Positions 54,228 to 63,295 of a stretch of DNA of 64,000 bases are shown piece after piece; the stretch's first letter is position 1, and the number at the start of each line of letters is the position of its first letter. The DNA is taken from IMG/VR virus record IMGVR_UViG_3300029305_003094; one strand, 5' to 3'. The DNA is from an uncultured virus (IMG/VR IMGVR_UViG_3300029305_003094) (lineage: Duplodnaviria > Heunggongvirae > Uroviricota > Caudoviricetes). A model generated the notes under the pieces. The model had not been told where the DNA came from. It saw only the letters and a program-made list of their open reading frames with translations, and made no database searches. Made by a program: the position numbers and the translations under genes.

Positions 54228-54270
54228 GGGAGCATTTTCGCTCCCTCTCTTTTTTAGCCTTGCATCGACC

Positions 54271-54648
54271 TTATTTCTCCGCATCCATCTTTGCTTCACA
54301 CATAGGACAGCACTTCCAAAAGGGAGAGCCAACGGTGTTACACCTAGAACACTCCACCCAATTGTTTTGCCCCTTGTTGTGGGAAATCCACCGCCCATGC
54401 ACCACTTCCACGGCATCCACGATTTCCAAAGGTTGAACCATAAGCACATTCTGTTCTTTTGCAGTTTTTGCACCGCCCCAAAACTGCTCACCGCTGTCAA
54501 CGATGAATGCCTCGATTAAGCCGTTGTTACATCTGTATTCGCTCTTTACGGCAATGCAATCATCACCGAAAGCAAATAGTGTTCCGCAAGGCAATTCATC
54601 AAGTGTGCATTTCTCGCCACACGGAATCAACCGCTTTTCATTTGCCAT
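54271..54648 (-). CDS. Hypothetical protein with C-terminal Zn ribbon
   Basis: VVHGRW...CSRC...CPMCEAKMD. Confidence 0.72.
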   Translation of the reverse strand: MANEKRLIPCGEKCTLDELPCGTLFAFGDDCIAVKSEYRCNNGLIEAFIVDSGEQFWGGAKTAKEQNVLMVQPLEIVDAVEVVHGRWISHNKGQNNWVECSRCNTVGSPFWKCCPMCEAKMDAEK

Positions 54649-54790
54649 CTTCCGTCCTCAACTTTCTGCCACAGTTAGGGCAATATTCAAAGACCATCTG
54701 GAATCGCTTGCCATATGCGGTAATGATGGTCACAGGCTTTTTGGTGTAGGCTCTGCCTTTGCAGAAATCACAAGGCTTTTTATTTTCCAT
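54638..54790 (-). CDS. Small Zn-ribbon protein (50 aa)
   Basis: CDFC...YCPNCGRKL; read manually. Confidence 0.65.
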   Translation of the reverse strand: MENKKPCDFCKGRAYTKKPVTIITAYGKRFQMVFEYCPNCGRKLRTEDGK

Positions 54791-54829
54791 CTTTCTTCCG
54801 CCCTTTCTGCACAATGATGACAGGACCGT

Positions 54830-55021
54830 TCAAATCATTTGGATTGATGCCGTCCGTGGCGAATCGAACCAAAGGTCTTCTTCCTTCATAGTTCCTGTTG
54901 CCACTCGTTTCGCTGTAATCATCTTCAACACATCCGTGTCCAGCAACATGGCGGTGTCTAAATTGCGACATGATGAACGGATGATTCTAGCCTCGCTTAT
55001 CACTAGACATACTCTTTCCAC
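54830..55021 (-). CDS. Hypothetical protein (frame uncertain)
   Basis: One of two overlapping candidate frames filling the gap. Confidence 0.35.
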   Translation of the reverse strand: MERVCLVISEARIIRSSCRNLDTAMLLDTDVLKMITAKRVATGTMKEEDLWFDSPRTASIQMI

Positions 55022-55227
55022 TCCCTATATCCTTCAAGAATCATGTTCTTGTAATACTTCCGTGCAACCTCGCTTCTGGATCTGGTCGCAATATCAACCC
55101 ATGCTGGGTGATGTCGGTTCGCCCATGCCTTTGCATCGTGCCATTCAATCCACGCACCAACCGAATGCTTGATGGTGTACCAAATCTGTTCCAAGCTGCC
55201 AACCTTACGATATGCCATTACTTCCAC
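55003..55227 (-). CDS. Hypothetical protein
   Basis: AAAGGA RBS, in operon. Confidence 0.6.
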   Translation of the reverse strand: MEVMAYRKVGSLEQIWYTIKHSVGAWIEWHDAKAWANRHHPAWVDIATRSRSEVARKYYKNMILEGYREWKEYV

Positions 55228-55571
55228 TTTCCTTTCATGTAGTCAAATTCAGGTGCAAACTCATATCTCTTGTGAAAACTGTCATGGAGTCCTTCTCCGT
55301 AGGCTTCTGCCAAGGCACCGTCAAGTTTATCTCTGTAATAATCGGTTTCGTCATCCTTCTCCCATGCTTTTTGATAGGTGTCGATGTATTCACCGATCCC
55401 CTTGACTACCTTGCAAAGTCTGTCCTTGCCGAAGGTGTCCTTGCCCATGATGTCAGCATCTCGCAGAACCAAGGACATCATGTCAAGGATTTGCTGTCTG
55501 CCACACCGCAAGCCAGCTTCAAAGAATCCCCTTTGAATTGCCCTTTGTTTGTCTAAATAAGCATTACCCAT
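55218..55571 (-). CDS. Hypothetical protein
   Basis: AAGGAG RBS, in operon. Confidence 0.7.
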   Translation of the reverse strand: MGNAYLDKQRAIQRGFFEAGLRCGRQQILDMMSLVLRDADIMGKDTFGKDRLCKVVKGIGEYIDTYQKAWEKDDETDYYRDKLDGALAEAYGEGLHDSFHKRYEFAPEFDYMKGKWK

Positions 55572-56061
55572 TAGATTTCAGCAACTCCCTTCTTCTGTAG
55601 TACGAAGCCACAGAACCGCAGTTTTTACAACAGAACATTTGATTGCTCTTGGATGCCTCAAAGGACTTCCCACACCACTCACACTTCTTTATCAACGGCA
55701 CATAGACCAAATTCCGTTTGTAGTATAGCTTTTTGCAATCCTCATCGCAGAACACTTTCTCCCTACCCTTGCGTTTATATATGAATTCCTTACCGCAATT
55801 CTTGCATACTTGCCTTGTGCCAGTTGGCTGTGGCTTTGAAGTGACAACAGGCTCTTGCACGGCTTTCCTGTGGTTTCTGCGATATTCGTGCCACTCTTTT
55901 CTTGTGCAAGTCCTTTGCCGAATCTTCTGCTCCAGAACCTTTCCGCGTTGCATCTTTTCCCATTGCAATCCCTTCCATTTGCCGTATGACATACCAGCTG
56001 CGATTGCCATGCTTGATTCAATTGCGAGTCTGTCAGGCTCTCTTGTTTTCTTTCTTGCCAT
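55564..56061 (-). CDS. Hypothetical protein with two Cys4 Zn-finger-like repeats
   Basis: GMSYGKW motif; CKNCGKEF...FCDEDC, CEWCGKSF...FCCKNC. Confidence 0.7.
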   Translation of the reverse strand: MARKKTREPDRLAIESSMAIAAGMSYGKWKGLQWEKMQRGKVLEQKIRQRTCTRKEWHEYRRNHRKAVQEPVVTSKPQPTGTRQVCKNCGKEFIYKRKGREKVFCDEDCKKLYYKRNLVYVPLIKKCEWCGKSFEASKSNQMFCCKNCGSVASYYRRRELLKSNG

Positions 56062-56065
56062 ACTA

Positions 56066-56476
56066 TCACCGCCCTGTGCTACCGAAGCCGTTGTTTCCTC
56101 GCTCGGTTTCGTCCAGTTCATCAACCAGTTCAAGGTCAGGTGTCAAAATGGGAAGGATGACCAACTGGCTGATTTTGTCACCCTTGTTCACCTGATACCC
56201 TTTATCACCGTGGTTGTACAACTTCACCCTGATGCTCCCTGTGTACCCCACATCGATGACACCTTCGCTCTGGATGCCGTGCTTGACATTCAAGCCACTT
56301 CTGCTCTTGACCATGCCCACCGTGTTCTTGGGGAGTTCGATGTGAACCCCTGTGTCGATGGTCATTGCGGATCTCCTTGGAACGATGACAGTTTCAGGGG
56401 AATACAAGTCAAGTCCAGCATCCGCGTCATGTCCCCTTGTGGGCATATATGCACCCTTGTCCAGTTTGATTCTCAT
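56066..56476 (-). CDS. dut: dUTPase (trimeric)
   Basis: AGLDL, RSG, GVIDVGYTG, Q, ERG..GFGSTG motifs. Confidence 0.96.
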   Translation of the reverse strand: MRIKLDKGAYMPTRGHDADAGLDLYSPETVIVPRRSAMTIDTGVHIELPKNTVGMVKSRSGLNVKHGIQSEGVIDVGYTGSIRVKLYNHGDKGYQVNKGDKISQLVILPILTPDLELVDELDETERGNNGFGSTGR

Positions 56477-56631
56477 TTTTCCACCCCCACAAAGATGACA
56501 TTGCTCAAATGCGTTTCATACTTCACACCGCTTGTGTCAACGATGATGGTATAACCGCTGGAATCAACAGACCGCCACTTGACCTCGACCTCTGCAAAGT
56601 TGCCTGTGCAACCCTTGATGAATGCTTTCAT
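56473..56631 (-). CDS. Small hypothetical protein
   Basis: AAAGGA RBS, TAATG coupling. Confidence 0.6.
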   Translation of the reverse strand: MKAFIKGCTGNFAEVEVKWRSVDSSGYTIIVDTSGVKYETHLSNVIFVGVEK

Positions 56632-57011
56632 TAGTTTTCGTCCTTTCCAAAGTAGTTCTCCAGTTTTCTGCTTACTGTCCTTCTGTCCATGTGGCATTCC
56701 TCGCCAATGTCCTCATACTTCATGCACTCAAGGTATCGTTTCCTTGCCAGTACACGAATCTCGGCATCCTCAACCGCTTCTATGTAGGTTTCAAGCCGTT
56801 CCATCTCCTTGGCAACCTTCTCCTTGGCTTTTCCCAACTTGGTGCGAAGTTTATCCAGGCGGTTGTAGAATTGCTCAACAGGGGATGACACCGAATGTCC
56901 TGACGGCATACCGCTCATTTCAAAGGCACTCAAGATGGTCAACTCTTTGATTTGATTCTCAATCTGTATGACCTCTTGCTTCAGCCAGTACAGTTTGTTC
57001 AGGTTCTTCAA
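56631..57011 (-). CDS. Late transcriptional activator (ArpU-like)
   Basis: SGMP motif, RYL....E.I......DRRTVSRK HTH. Confidence 0.78.
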   Translation of the reverse strand: MKNLNKLYWLKQEVIQIENQIKELTILSAFEMSGMPSGHSVSSPVEQFYNRLDKLRTKLGKAKEKVAKEMERLETYIEAVEDAEIRVLARKRYLECMKYEDIGEECHMDRRTVSRKLENYFGKDEN

Positions 57012-57844
57012 AACAATCCCCCCTTGGATTTTCTTCGGTAACTATCACCAGACAACCGAATCATTGCCGTGGACATCTCACCGATGCGGTCAACGGTCTT
57101 CTTCATCATTCCTCTGTCCTTGATGAGTTCATTCATGGAATAGTTGCTGGAGAAGATGGTCGGCTTCTTGTTGTTATACCGCTTATTGATGATGTCGAAC
57201 ACCTGACCTTGTAGCCAGTTGTCCTCACCGCCCTTGGTCAGTATCTCCGTCCCCAAGTCATCAAGGAACAGGAAGTCAACATCGCAGATCCGCTTGATGA
57301 CCACCGCTGAATCAGCATTGCCGTTCCATGTGGATTGAATCAGCTTGGATATTTCAAAGAAGTTGGTGAACAGGCATTGCTTCAGCTGCGACATCAACTC
57401 ATTGCACATACAAGCGGTCAAATGTGTCTTTCCTGTGCCTGAATCTCCGTAGATATACAAACCATATCCATGCTCAAGTGCCATGTCAGGGATTTGGCAA
57501 TATTTACGGCATCTTTGGAAAGCCTTTTTGAAGTCATCAGGGCGGTCAAGGTCAGTTTTGTCGAATGTGGTGTCCTTGTATCGGTCACCCAACAAACTCG
57601 CCCCACGCAAGCGGTCAAGTTGTGCCTGTTTCACCTTTTGTTCCTCTTGTTCCTTTTCCTTGCGTTCCGCTTCTTTCATGCACTCGCAAGTCACAGGCAT
57701 TCTCTTGCCGAATGGCTCGACAATGTCCTTTGTGCATCGTCTGGTGTGGCACTTGGTGCAGTAAAGCAGACCATCCTCGCCTTCATAGGTGTTCTCAATA
57801 TTCATCTGGATATGGTTCAAAATCATCTCTGCTATTCCGTCCAC
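57008..57844 (-). CDS. DnaC/IstB-like helicase loader ATPase
   Basis: GDSGTGKTHL, LFLDDLG, IINKRY...PTIFSSN. Confidence 0.92.
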   Translation of the reverse strand: MDGIAEMILNHIQMNIENTYEGEDGLLYCTKCHTRRCTKDIVEPFGKRMPVTCECMKEAERKEKEQEEQKVKQAQLDRLRGASLLGDRYKDTTFDKTDLDRPDDFKKAFQRCRKYCQIPDMALEHGYGLYIYGDSGTGKTHLTACMCNELMSQLKQCLFTNFFEISKLIQSTWNGNADSAVVIKRICDVDFLFLDDLGTEILTKGGEDNWLQGQVFDIINKRYNNKKPTIFSSNYSMNELIKDRGMMKKTVDRIGEMSTAMIRLSGDSYRRKSKGGLF

Positions 57845-58472
57845 TTTTACCGCTCCTTTCCCATGTTCTCACGGCTGCCTTCCAATCCTTCATAGGATTC
57901 TTGCCAACCTTCCAGCCGTTTGCAGAATAGTAGTTGTACCACTTTTCCGCATCCACATTGTTGTTCCGCTCCTGGCAATATGCTTTCACATCATCAAGAG
58001 TTGGTTTGGAAAACCGCCTTTTATATTTCTCTTTCTCTATCTCTGTATCTATCTCTATCTCTTTCTCTTTCTCTGTCGGACATTTGGGGGACAAAAGAGG
58101 GACATTGTCCTTCTGCCGTTGCACTCGCTTCTTTTCTGCCCACCTTGTTTCGCTCCCAATCATGGTGTTAACCTCTTTCATGTAGATGGTTGCATCGTCC
58201 AGAACATCCATCATCTTCAGTTCAATGAACAGCTTCATGGCTGACCGCACAATGTCGATGTTGGTGTTGGTAATCACCGAAAGCATCTGCTCGTTGTATG
58301 GCACCGTGTCACTAAATCGCAACGCACCTTCATGGTCGATGCTCTCCACCAGCAACTTAAGATAAAACAGGAGATATTCCTTGCCGTTGGGAAGTTCTTC
58401 AATGATGCGGATGTCATGCCGTTTGAAGAAGTCCCTTTTCAGCTTCAGCCAGTAGTATTTTTTCTCTGCCAC
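57795..58472 (-). CDS. Phage replisome organizer / replication initiator
   Basis: YYWLKLKRDFF...YLKLL; EKEKEIEIDTE linker; NGWKVGKNPMKDWKAAVRTWE. Confidence 0.9.
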   Translation of the reverse strand: MAEKKYYWLKLKRDFFKRHDIRIIEELPNGKEYLLFYLKLLVESIDHEGALRFSDTVPYNEQMLSVITNTNIDIVRSAMKLFIELKMMDVLDDATIYMKEVNTMIGSETRWAEKKRVQRQKDNVPLLSPKCPTEKEKEIEIDTEIEKEKYKRRFSKPTLDDVKAYCQERNNNVDAEKWYNYYSANGWKVGKNPMKDWKAAVRTWERSGKSGRNSRDDFEPYPDEY

Positions 58473-59465
58473 TCATATCACCTCGCAATCTTGCAAAACC
58501 TCTTTGTAGAATTCCCTGATGGGGATGCCATCAGTTCTTGGCACATAATCGAAGAAGTCACAGGACTTGTACAACATTCTGTTGTTGCACCATCTTTGCA
58601 AATCCCTTAAGATGTGCCGTTGGGGAAGGGATGTCTTTCTGTAAATACGCACATCTGGCATATATCCCACTTCCTTAAGCCGTTTCACTCTGTACAAATC
58701 CTCTTTGATGGATGTGTCATAGTTGGTCAGCATATAAACCACCGAATTCCGTTCGTCCAGTTGAATGTGTTCCTTCGCAAGTGCCAAACCCTTGATGATG
58801 TTCTTCTCGTTCTTCATGAAATCAAACGCAAAGTGTACCATCTTCATTTTCAGGCTGGACAGCAATTTGACATTTTCCTCATTGATGAATCTGGCATCCA
58901 ATCCCTGTGTGAAGTCAACCCAAGCACCGCTTTTCAACAGCTGCACCAAAAGGTCGATGTGGTCAGGGCAAGCAAGGATGTTTGGGTCAAGCAACTTGAT
59001 GTTCTTCTGTCCATCCCAAAATTCACGAAGGTCGGCAACCTTCCGTGATGCTCGTCCTTCTTTTTTGCTCACAATGCAGAAACTACAGTTGTTTGGGCAT
59101 CCTCTTGTCAAGAAACCATAAGCCGTGTCCTTGGTATGCTCTGGATATAAACTGTAATCAGGGAAACTGTGTTCAATTTCATCAGGCAGTTCCGTGTCAT
59201 TCGATTTGGTGTACACTTCCTTGCCATCAACCACGGAAATTGCAAACCCTGTGCCACCTTCGATGATTTTGTCTGCCTGAATGATGGTCGGATCTAGGTA
59301 TGTGTATTCGTCACCGAACACTTTGCTTGTATAAACCACATCGTAGTGCTTCAAGGGGATGCACCACTCAACCGAATCACCTTTCGCCTTGTGGTATGCT
59401 GATATTTTCATCAATGCAAGGTTTGGGAAATTGTGGCTGTCAACATCAATCAAGCCGATTTGCAT
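58473..59465 (-). CDS. Radical SAM protein
   Basis: TRGCPNNCSFC (CxxxCxxC); N-terminal PNLALMKISAYHK...GGTG domain. Confidence 0.88.
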   Translation of the reverse strand: MQIGLIDVDSHNFPNLALMKISAYHKAKGDSVEWCIPLKHYDVVYTSKVFGDEYTYLDPTIIQADKIIEGGTGFAISVVDGKEVYTKSNDTELPDEIEHSFPDYSLYPEHTKDTAYGFLTRGCPNNCSFCIVSKKEGRASRKVADLREFWDGQKNIKLLDPNILACPDHIDLLVQLLKSGAWVDFTQGLDARFINEENVKLLSSLKMKMVHFAFDFMKNEKNIIKGLALAKEHIQLDERNSVVYMLTNYDTSIKEDLYRVKRLKEVGYMPDVRIYRKTSLPQRHILRDLQRWCNNRMLYKSCDFFDYVPRTDGIPIREFYKEVLQDCEVI

Positions 59466-59684
59466 TTATACCACCTCTCGGTCTGCCAAAATATATCTGG
59501 CATACTGTCCTTTTTTGCCTGTGATGCTGTGGACGAAGGTCACATCCTCACTTTCAATCACATAGCCTTCCTTGCGTAACAGATAGATGTAATGGGACAA
59601 CCTTGTACAATGGTACAGTTCGATTGCCACAAGGCTTGTGATGCTCCCATACTCCAGTAAATGATCCAGAATGATTTGTTTCAT
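59466..59684 (-). CDS. Winged HTH protein
   Basis: GSITSL.A......RLS..IY.LRKEGY.I. Confidence 0.75.
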   Translation of the reverse strand: MKQIILDHLLEYGSITSLVAIELYHCTRLSHYIYLLRKEGYVIESEDVTFVHSITGKKGQYARYILADREVV

Positions 59685-60022
59685 TTTCCCACCACCGTTT
59701 CAAAGTATTCTTTGTACAATTCCATCCAATCAGGCAACCGCATCGTGACCAACCACTCGCTGTGGTTTCTCCTGTGGAACACAGACGGCAATTCTCCGTC
59801 CTTTGCATCGTGGATGGCTTGTGCCATCGCATCATATAAATTCAACCGCTCCACTCGCTTGCTTTCGATGTGGATGCCCTTCAACCCCACAAGGTCAGCT
59901 TGTCCTTCATCGGCTTTGCCGTTGTACTGGACCGTTCGCCTTGTGCTGAAGCCGTACTCGTTCAGTTTTCGTGCCAGTTCTCGCTCACCAGCTGCACCCT
60001 TCGCTCTGCTATTGACCGCCAC
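59681..60022 (-). CDS. Holliday junction resolvase (PD-(D/E)XK)
   Basis: SRAKGAAGERELA...ADL...HIESKR. Confidence 0.8.
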   Translation of the reverse strand: MAVNSRAKGAAGERELARKLNEYGFSTRRTVQYNGKADEGQADLVGLKGIHIESKRVERLNLYDAMAQAIHDAKDGELPSVFHRRNHSEWLVTMRLPDWMELYKEYFETVVGK

Positions 60023-60031
60023 ATAATCACC

Positions 60032-60325
60032 TCAATCTAGATAATTTCTCCCATAAGCCTTGATGAAGTCATCAGCGGTCTTGCCATAGTGTTCCATCCA
60101 TGTCCGCTGTCCTCTTTGCTTCAGCCGTGTATCATTGGCTTTGTTGAAATGGACTCCATTCGGTGGCTCGTTGTGACACCAATGGCACAGATAGACCGTC
60201 ACACCATCCTCATCGGCTCTCTTTCGGTTTTTCCCACGGAAGATGTGGTGCTTCTCCGTCTGCCCATACCGCTTGCAGATATAGCACACACCCTTCATGT
60301 CACCCTTGATGATGCTTTCACTCAT
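60032..60325 (-). CDS. HNH-like recombination-associated nuclease
   Basis: CYIC...HHIFRG..R...LCHWCH. Confidence 0.75.
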   Translation of the reverse strand: MSESIIKGDMKGVCYICKRYGQTEKHHIFRGKNRKRADEDGVTVYLCHWCHNEPPNGVHFNKANDTRLKQRGQRTWMEHYGKTADDFIKAYGRNYLD

Positions 60326-60758
60326 ATTCGTACTCCCATGTTGGAATTTCCAACTCACCGCACAGTTGCAAGGTGATGTCCAGTAGTTCGGTCATTTCCT
60401 TGGTGTTCATTTTGGAAGAACCGATGTACACCTTGTAGATGTTGCAATCCTTGCCGTTGACCTCTTGCTTGCGGACGAACCGAACACCCCTGAAGCACTT
60501 CCTCAATTCATCTTCCATGTCATAGGCTGTGATGATGTAGTCACTCAGGGCATCGGCTCGTTCAAGCAAGGCACAATACACTTCCATGTCATCCTGGTGC
60601 TGTTTCTTTGCTATGGCATGGATAAGTTGCCAGAGCATCTTGTTCTGTTCGATTGACCGCTTTGACTTCGGTTCACGAACCTCGATGGTGTACAACTTAT
60701 CCATGTCCAGCTTCAACAGTTCAGGAATGATGTCTTTGACCTTTCCTGAAACCTTCAT
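60318..60758 (-). CDS. NinB-like recombination protein
   Basis: KRSIEQN..LW...GSSKMNTKEM..LLD. Confidence 0.75.
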   Translation of the reverse strand: MKVSGKVKDIIPELLKLDMDKLYTIEVREPKSKRSIEQNKMLWQLIHAIAKKQHQDDMEVYCALLERADALSDYIITAYDMEDELRKCFRGVRFVRKQEVNGKDCNIYKVYIGSSKMNTKEMTELLDITLQLCGELEIPTWEYEYE

Positions 60759-60768
60759 CGTTCACACC

Positions 60769-61143
60769 TCAAAAGGGGAGCATTGCATCAGGCTCGTCAA
60801 TCGGCTCAAAGGCACCGTTGTCTTGCTTCTTGCTCTCAAGGAAGTCAAACTCGGTGACCTTGACCTCTGTGACCTTGACCTTCTTGCCTTCCTTGTTTTC
60901 GTAGCTGCGTGTTGCTAGTTTGCCGACCACAGCGAAGCGGTCACCCTTGTGAACATACTTGCTGATGGTTTCGGCTCTCTGCTCAAAAGCCACGCAATCA
61001 ATGAAATCGGCATCATAACCGCCTTGCTCGTTCTTGTAGTCCTTGTTCACCGCCAAGGTGAAGGATGCCACAGCCTTGCCAGATCCAGTTCTCCGCAGTT
61101 CCACATCTTTGGTCAGTCTGCCAATCAAATTTACGCTATTGAT
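60769..61143 (-). CDS. ssb: Single-stranded DNA-binding protein (start uncertain: ATC at 61143 or TTG at 61128)
   Basis: (I)NSVNLIGRLTKDVELR...ADFIDCVAF...MLPF. Confidence 0.92.
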   Translation of the reverse strand: MNSVNLIGRLTKDVELRRTGSGKAVASFTLAVNKDYKNEQGGYDADFIDCVAFEQRAETISKYVHKGDRFAVVGKLATRSYENKEGKKVKVTEVKVTEFDFLESKKQDNGAFEPIDEPDAMLPF

Positions 61144-61702
61144 AGGTCATCAATCCTTTCTTGTTTTCATGTCTTTCTTTGTTGTGCATACTTATGTGTG
61201 CCGATTTCGTCATCAGCACAAGGTTTTCAATTCTGTTATCATCACGGATTCTGTTGATGTGGTGTACAACCTCGCCTTCGGTCAAATGTCTGCCGATGTG
61301 CTTTTCCATCACCAGAATATGCTCCATGACATATCCTTCTTTGGTTGCGTTCTGGTGGTTCGGTGCGTACACATGCACATAGCCGTCCATCCGTTTCTTC
61401 TTGTGCCCACCAAACTCTGTGTTGTGCTTGTACACACCCTTTTTGGCATCACTCATCTTTTGCCTAGTTTCGGCAGACACAACCTTTCCCTTTTGTGCAA
61501 GGCTCATTCGCTTCAATGTTTCTGGTGTGTGTTTCCATCCCTTGCGACCTATCTGCCTTGACGGAATACCATAACCGATTATCAGCTTGTGAACCTTTCC
61601 AACGGACATATTCAACTCTTTGGCAACCCTGTGCATCGGCATTTGCTCGGCAATGTACAGTTGCTCCAGCACCGCCTTTGATGGAGTTGACCAATTTCTC
61701 AT
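61136..61702 (-). CDS. Free-standing HNH homing endonuclease with NUMOD3-like repeats
   Basis: HTPETLKRMS, SAETRQKMS; EH.LVME...VHHIN..RDDNRIENL. Confidence 0.88.
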   Translation of the reverse strand: MRNWSTPSKAVLEQLYIAEQMPMHRVAKELNMSVGKVHKLIIGYGIPSRQIGRKGWKHTPETLKRMSLAQKGKVVSAETRQKMSDAKKGVYKHNTEFGGHKKKRMDGYVHVYAPNHQNATKEGYVMEHILVMEKHIGRHLTEGEVVHHINRIRDDNRIENLVLMTKSAHISMHNKERHENKKGLMTYQ

Positions 61703-61703
61703 A

Positions 61704-61907
61704 TCAAAACACCTCTTCTTCAGTTTCCAGTTTTTCTTCCTCAATCTTTTGAACCACCGCAATATCATCCTTTGCGAACACCGTGTCACCGATTTGGATG
61801 AACGGCTCTCTATTGTTCAATCCGCTGTGAAGGGTGTAAATATCAAGCCACTTGTTCTCGGCTTCAAACACCTTTCCGCTTTTCAAAGTCACTCTGTATC
61901 TGTTCAT
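61704..61907 (-). CDS. Hypothetical protein
   Basis: AAGGAG RBS. Confidence 0.65.
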   Translation of the reverse strand: MNRYRVTLKSGKVFEAENKWLDIYTLHSGLNNREPFIQIGDTVFAKDDIAVVQKIEEEKLETEEEVF

Positions 61908-61908
61908 A

Positions 61909-62496
61909 TCAATTCTCCTTCAAATAATCGTTTATAACCTCGTCAACGAGGTTTTCATTGATGGGGATGTCAATGTACTTCCGCACATCGTTTCTAAGGT
62001 GTACACCCCTTAAAAAGTCGATTTTGGCACAATAGCATTGTTGGTATGCAACCCTGTACAAGTTCAACTGGTAGGTCAGGTATTTCTTGTCCAAGGTGGA
62101 TGTCCGCTTGATGTCACCCAAGCCGATGCAATCCTTTTCCACCAACACAAGGTCAAGTCTGCCACAAGCCACCGCTTCGCCATCCTTGAAAAGCACCACA
62201 GGCACTTCGTTGTCCAGACAATCAAAGTTGTATGCCTTCTTCAGGAATTTCCAGTTCCGCAGTTCTGGAAGGTCGGTTTCGATGCCTTCTCTTTCAAAGT
62301 CCTCGATAGCTTTGTGAACCGCTGTCCCTTGTTCAGCTGCACGATGCAAGGTTGCCTTTGGGATGCCGTCATACTTGCCACCAAACTTGCACTTGAGAAG
62401 CTGGGTGATGGAAGGGAGTACAATGCCGTCACACAGATAGGTGTGTGTTTCGTCTATGTATTCCAGCACACCGCCATTGATTTCCCATTGCTCCAC
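61909..62496 (-). CDS. PD-(D/E)XK exonuclease (Cas4/lambda-exo-like)
   Basis: PSITQLL...GTAVH...CGRLDL...DIKR...QL..Y. Confidence 0.82.
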   Translation of the reverse strand: MEQWEINGGVLEYIDETHTYLCDGIVLPSITQLLKCKFGGKYDGIPKATLHRAAEQGTAVHKAIEDFEREGIETDLPELRNWKFLKKAYNFDCLDNEVPVVLFKDGEAVACGRLDLVLVEKDCIGLGDIKRTSTLDKKYLTYQLNLYRVAYQQCYCAKIDFLRGVHLRNDVRKYIDIPINENLVDEVINDYLKEN

Positions 62497-62500
62497 CGAA

Positions 62501-63205
62501 TCACCCCCATTGTTCTGCCATTGCTTTCGCAATGCCCTCGAATGTTTTGCTTCGTGCTTTCTGTCTGTTTCCATCTACGGTCTTGTTGTACCAATCAGAA
62601 AAACGCACAGTTTTTCCCGCATTTTTACCTCGCTTTATCACAAATTCCCTCATATCTTCCACTCCTACAACTTGGGTGGGAACCAGGGGAGAGAGTCCTT
62701 TCAGCCATAGACAAGTTTTTTTGCTTTGAGGATGTCCGTATTCGTATGGCTGAATGATTTGTGTCGGTTTCTTTGGCAATCCGTACCTCTCGGCAAGGTC
62801 AGGGAAGTAGGCTTGTACATACTCACCGCTGATGACACCAACAGGATTCTCTATTGCGATTCGGTCACAATCCGCATTCAAGAATTGGCAGAAGAATTCA
62901 ATGCCTTCTCGTTGCCTTCCGTCTGCTCTCTTTTTATCAAAATGTCTTGCTCCGCTGACAGCCAGGTGGGTGCAAGGGGGGAAGGCAATAATCATATCCC
63001 ACTTGCCCAGGATGTTGTGTTCTTCTCCATCACTAGTTACGAATTCGCAATAGCCATTCAGCAACGGCAACACATCACCTTGAATGTGCCACTCTGGATG
63101 CCCACCGCTACAAGGGATAATGTCGCAGCTGAATGCGTTGTGTCCTTTCTCTCTAAAAGCGGAACATACTCTCTGCGATTCCTCGCAAGCAACTAATACA
63201 TTCAT
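62501..63205 (-). CDS. Phage DNA cytosine-C5 methyltransferase-like protein
   Basis: VLVACEES, AFPPCT (PC motif), IENP, RSKTF.GIA.AMA.QWG. Confidence 0.82.
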   Translation of the reverse strand: MNVLVACEESQRVCSAFREKGHNAFSCDIIPCSGGHPEWHIQGDVLPLLNGYCEFVTSDGEEHNILGKWDMIIAFPPCTHLAVSGARHFDKKRADGRQREGIEFFCQFLNADCDRIAIENPVGVISGEYVQAYFPDLAERYGLPKKPTQIIQPYEYGHPQSKKTCLWLKGLSPLVPTQVVGVEDMREFVIKRGKNAGKTVRFSDWYNKTVDGNRQKARSKTFEGIAKAMAEQWG

Positions 63206-63217
63206 GTGATTTCCCCC

Positions 63218-63295
63218 TTACCTCTTGAATTTGCTGATACAGTACATAATCAGCAGAGTTCCACAGATGATGGAAGTGATAATGATGCCGTTCAT
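63218..63295 (-). CDS. 25-aa hydrophobic peptide
   Basis: MNGIIITSIICGTLLIMYCISKFKR; ATGA overlap with upstream gene. Confidence 0.5.
   Translation of the reverse strand: MNGIIITSIICGTLLIMYCISKFKR

Noticed and set aside
61136..61702. Group I intron carrying the HNH gene
   Set aside because: The HNH ORF abuts both neighbours, leaving no room for an intron core, and no split exon is apparent
61909..62496. Cas4 as part of a CRISPR system
   Set aside because: No Cys cluster for Fe-S and it sits in an ERF/SSB recombination module, so an ordinary phage exonuclease
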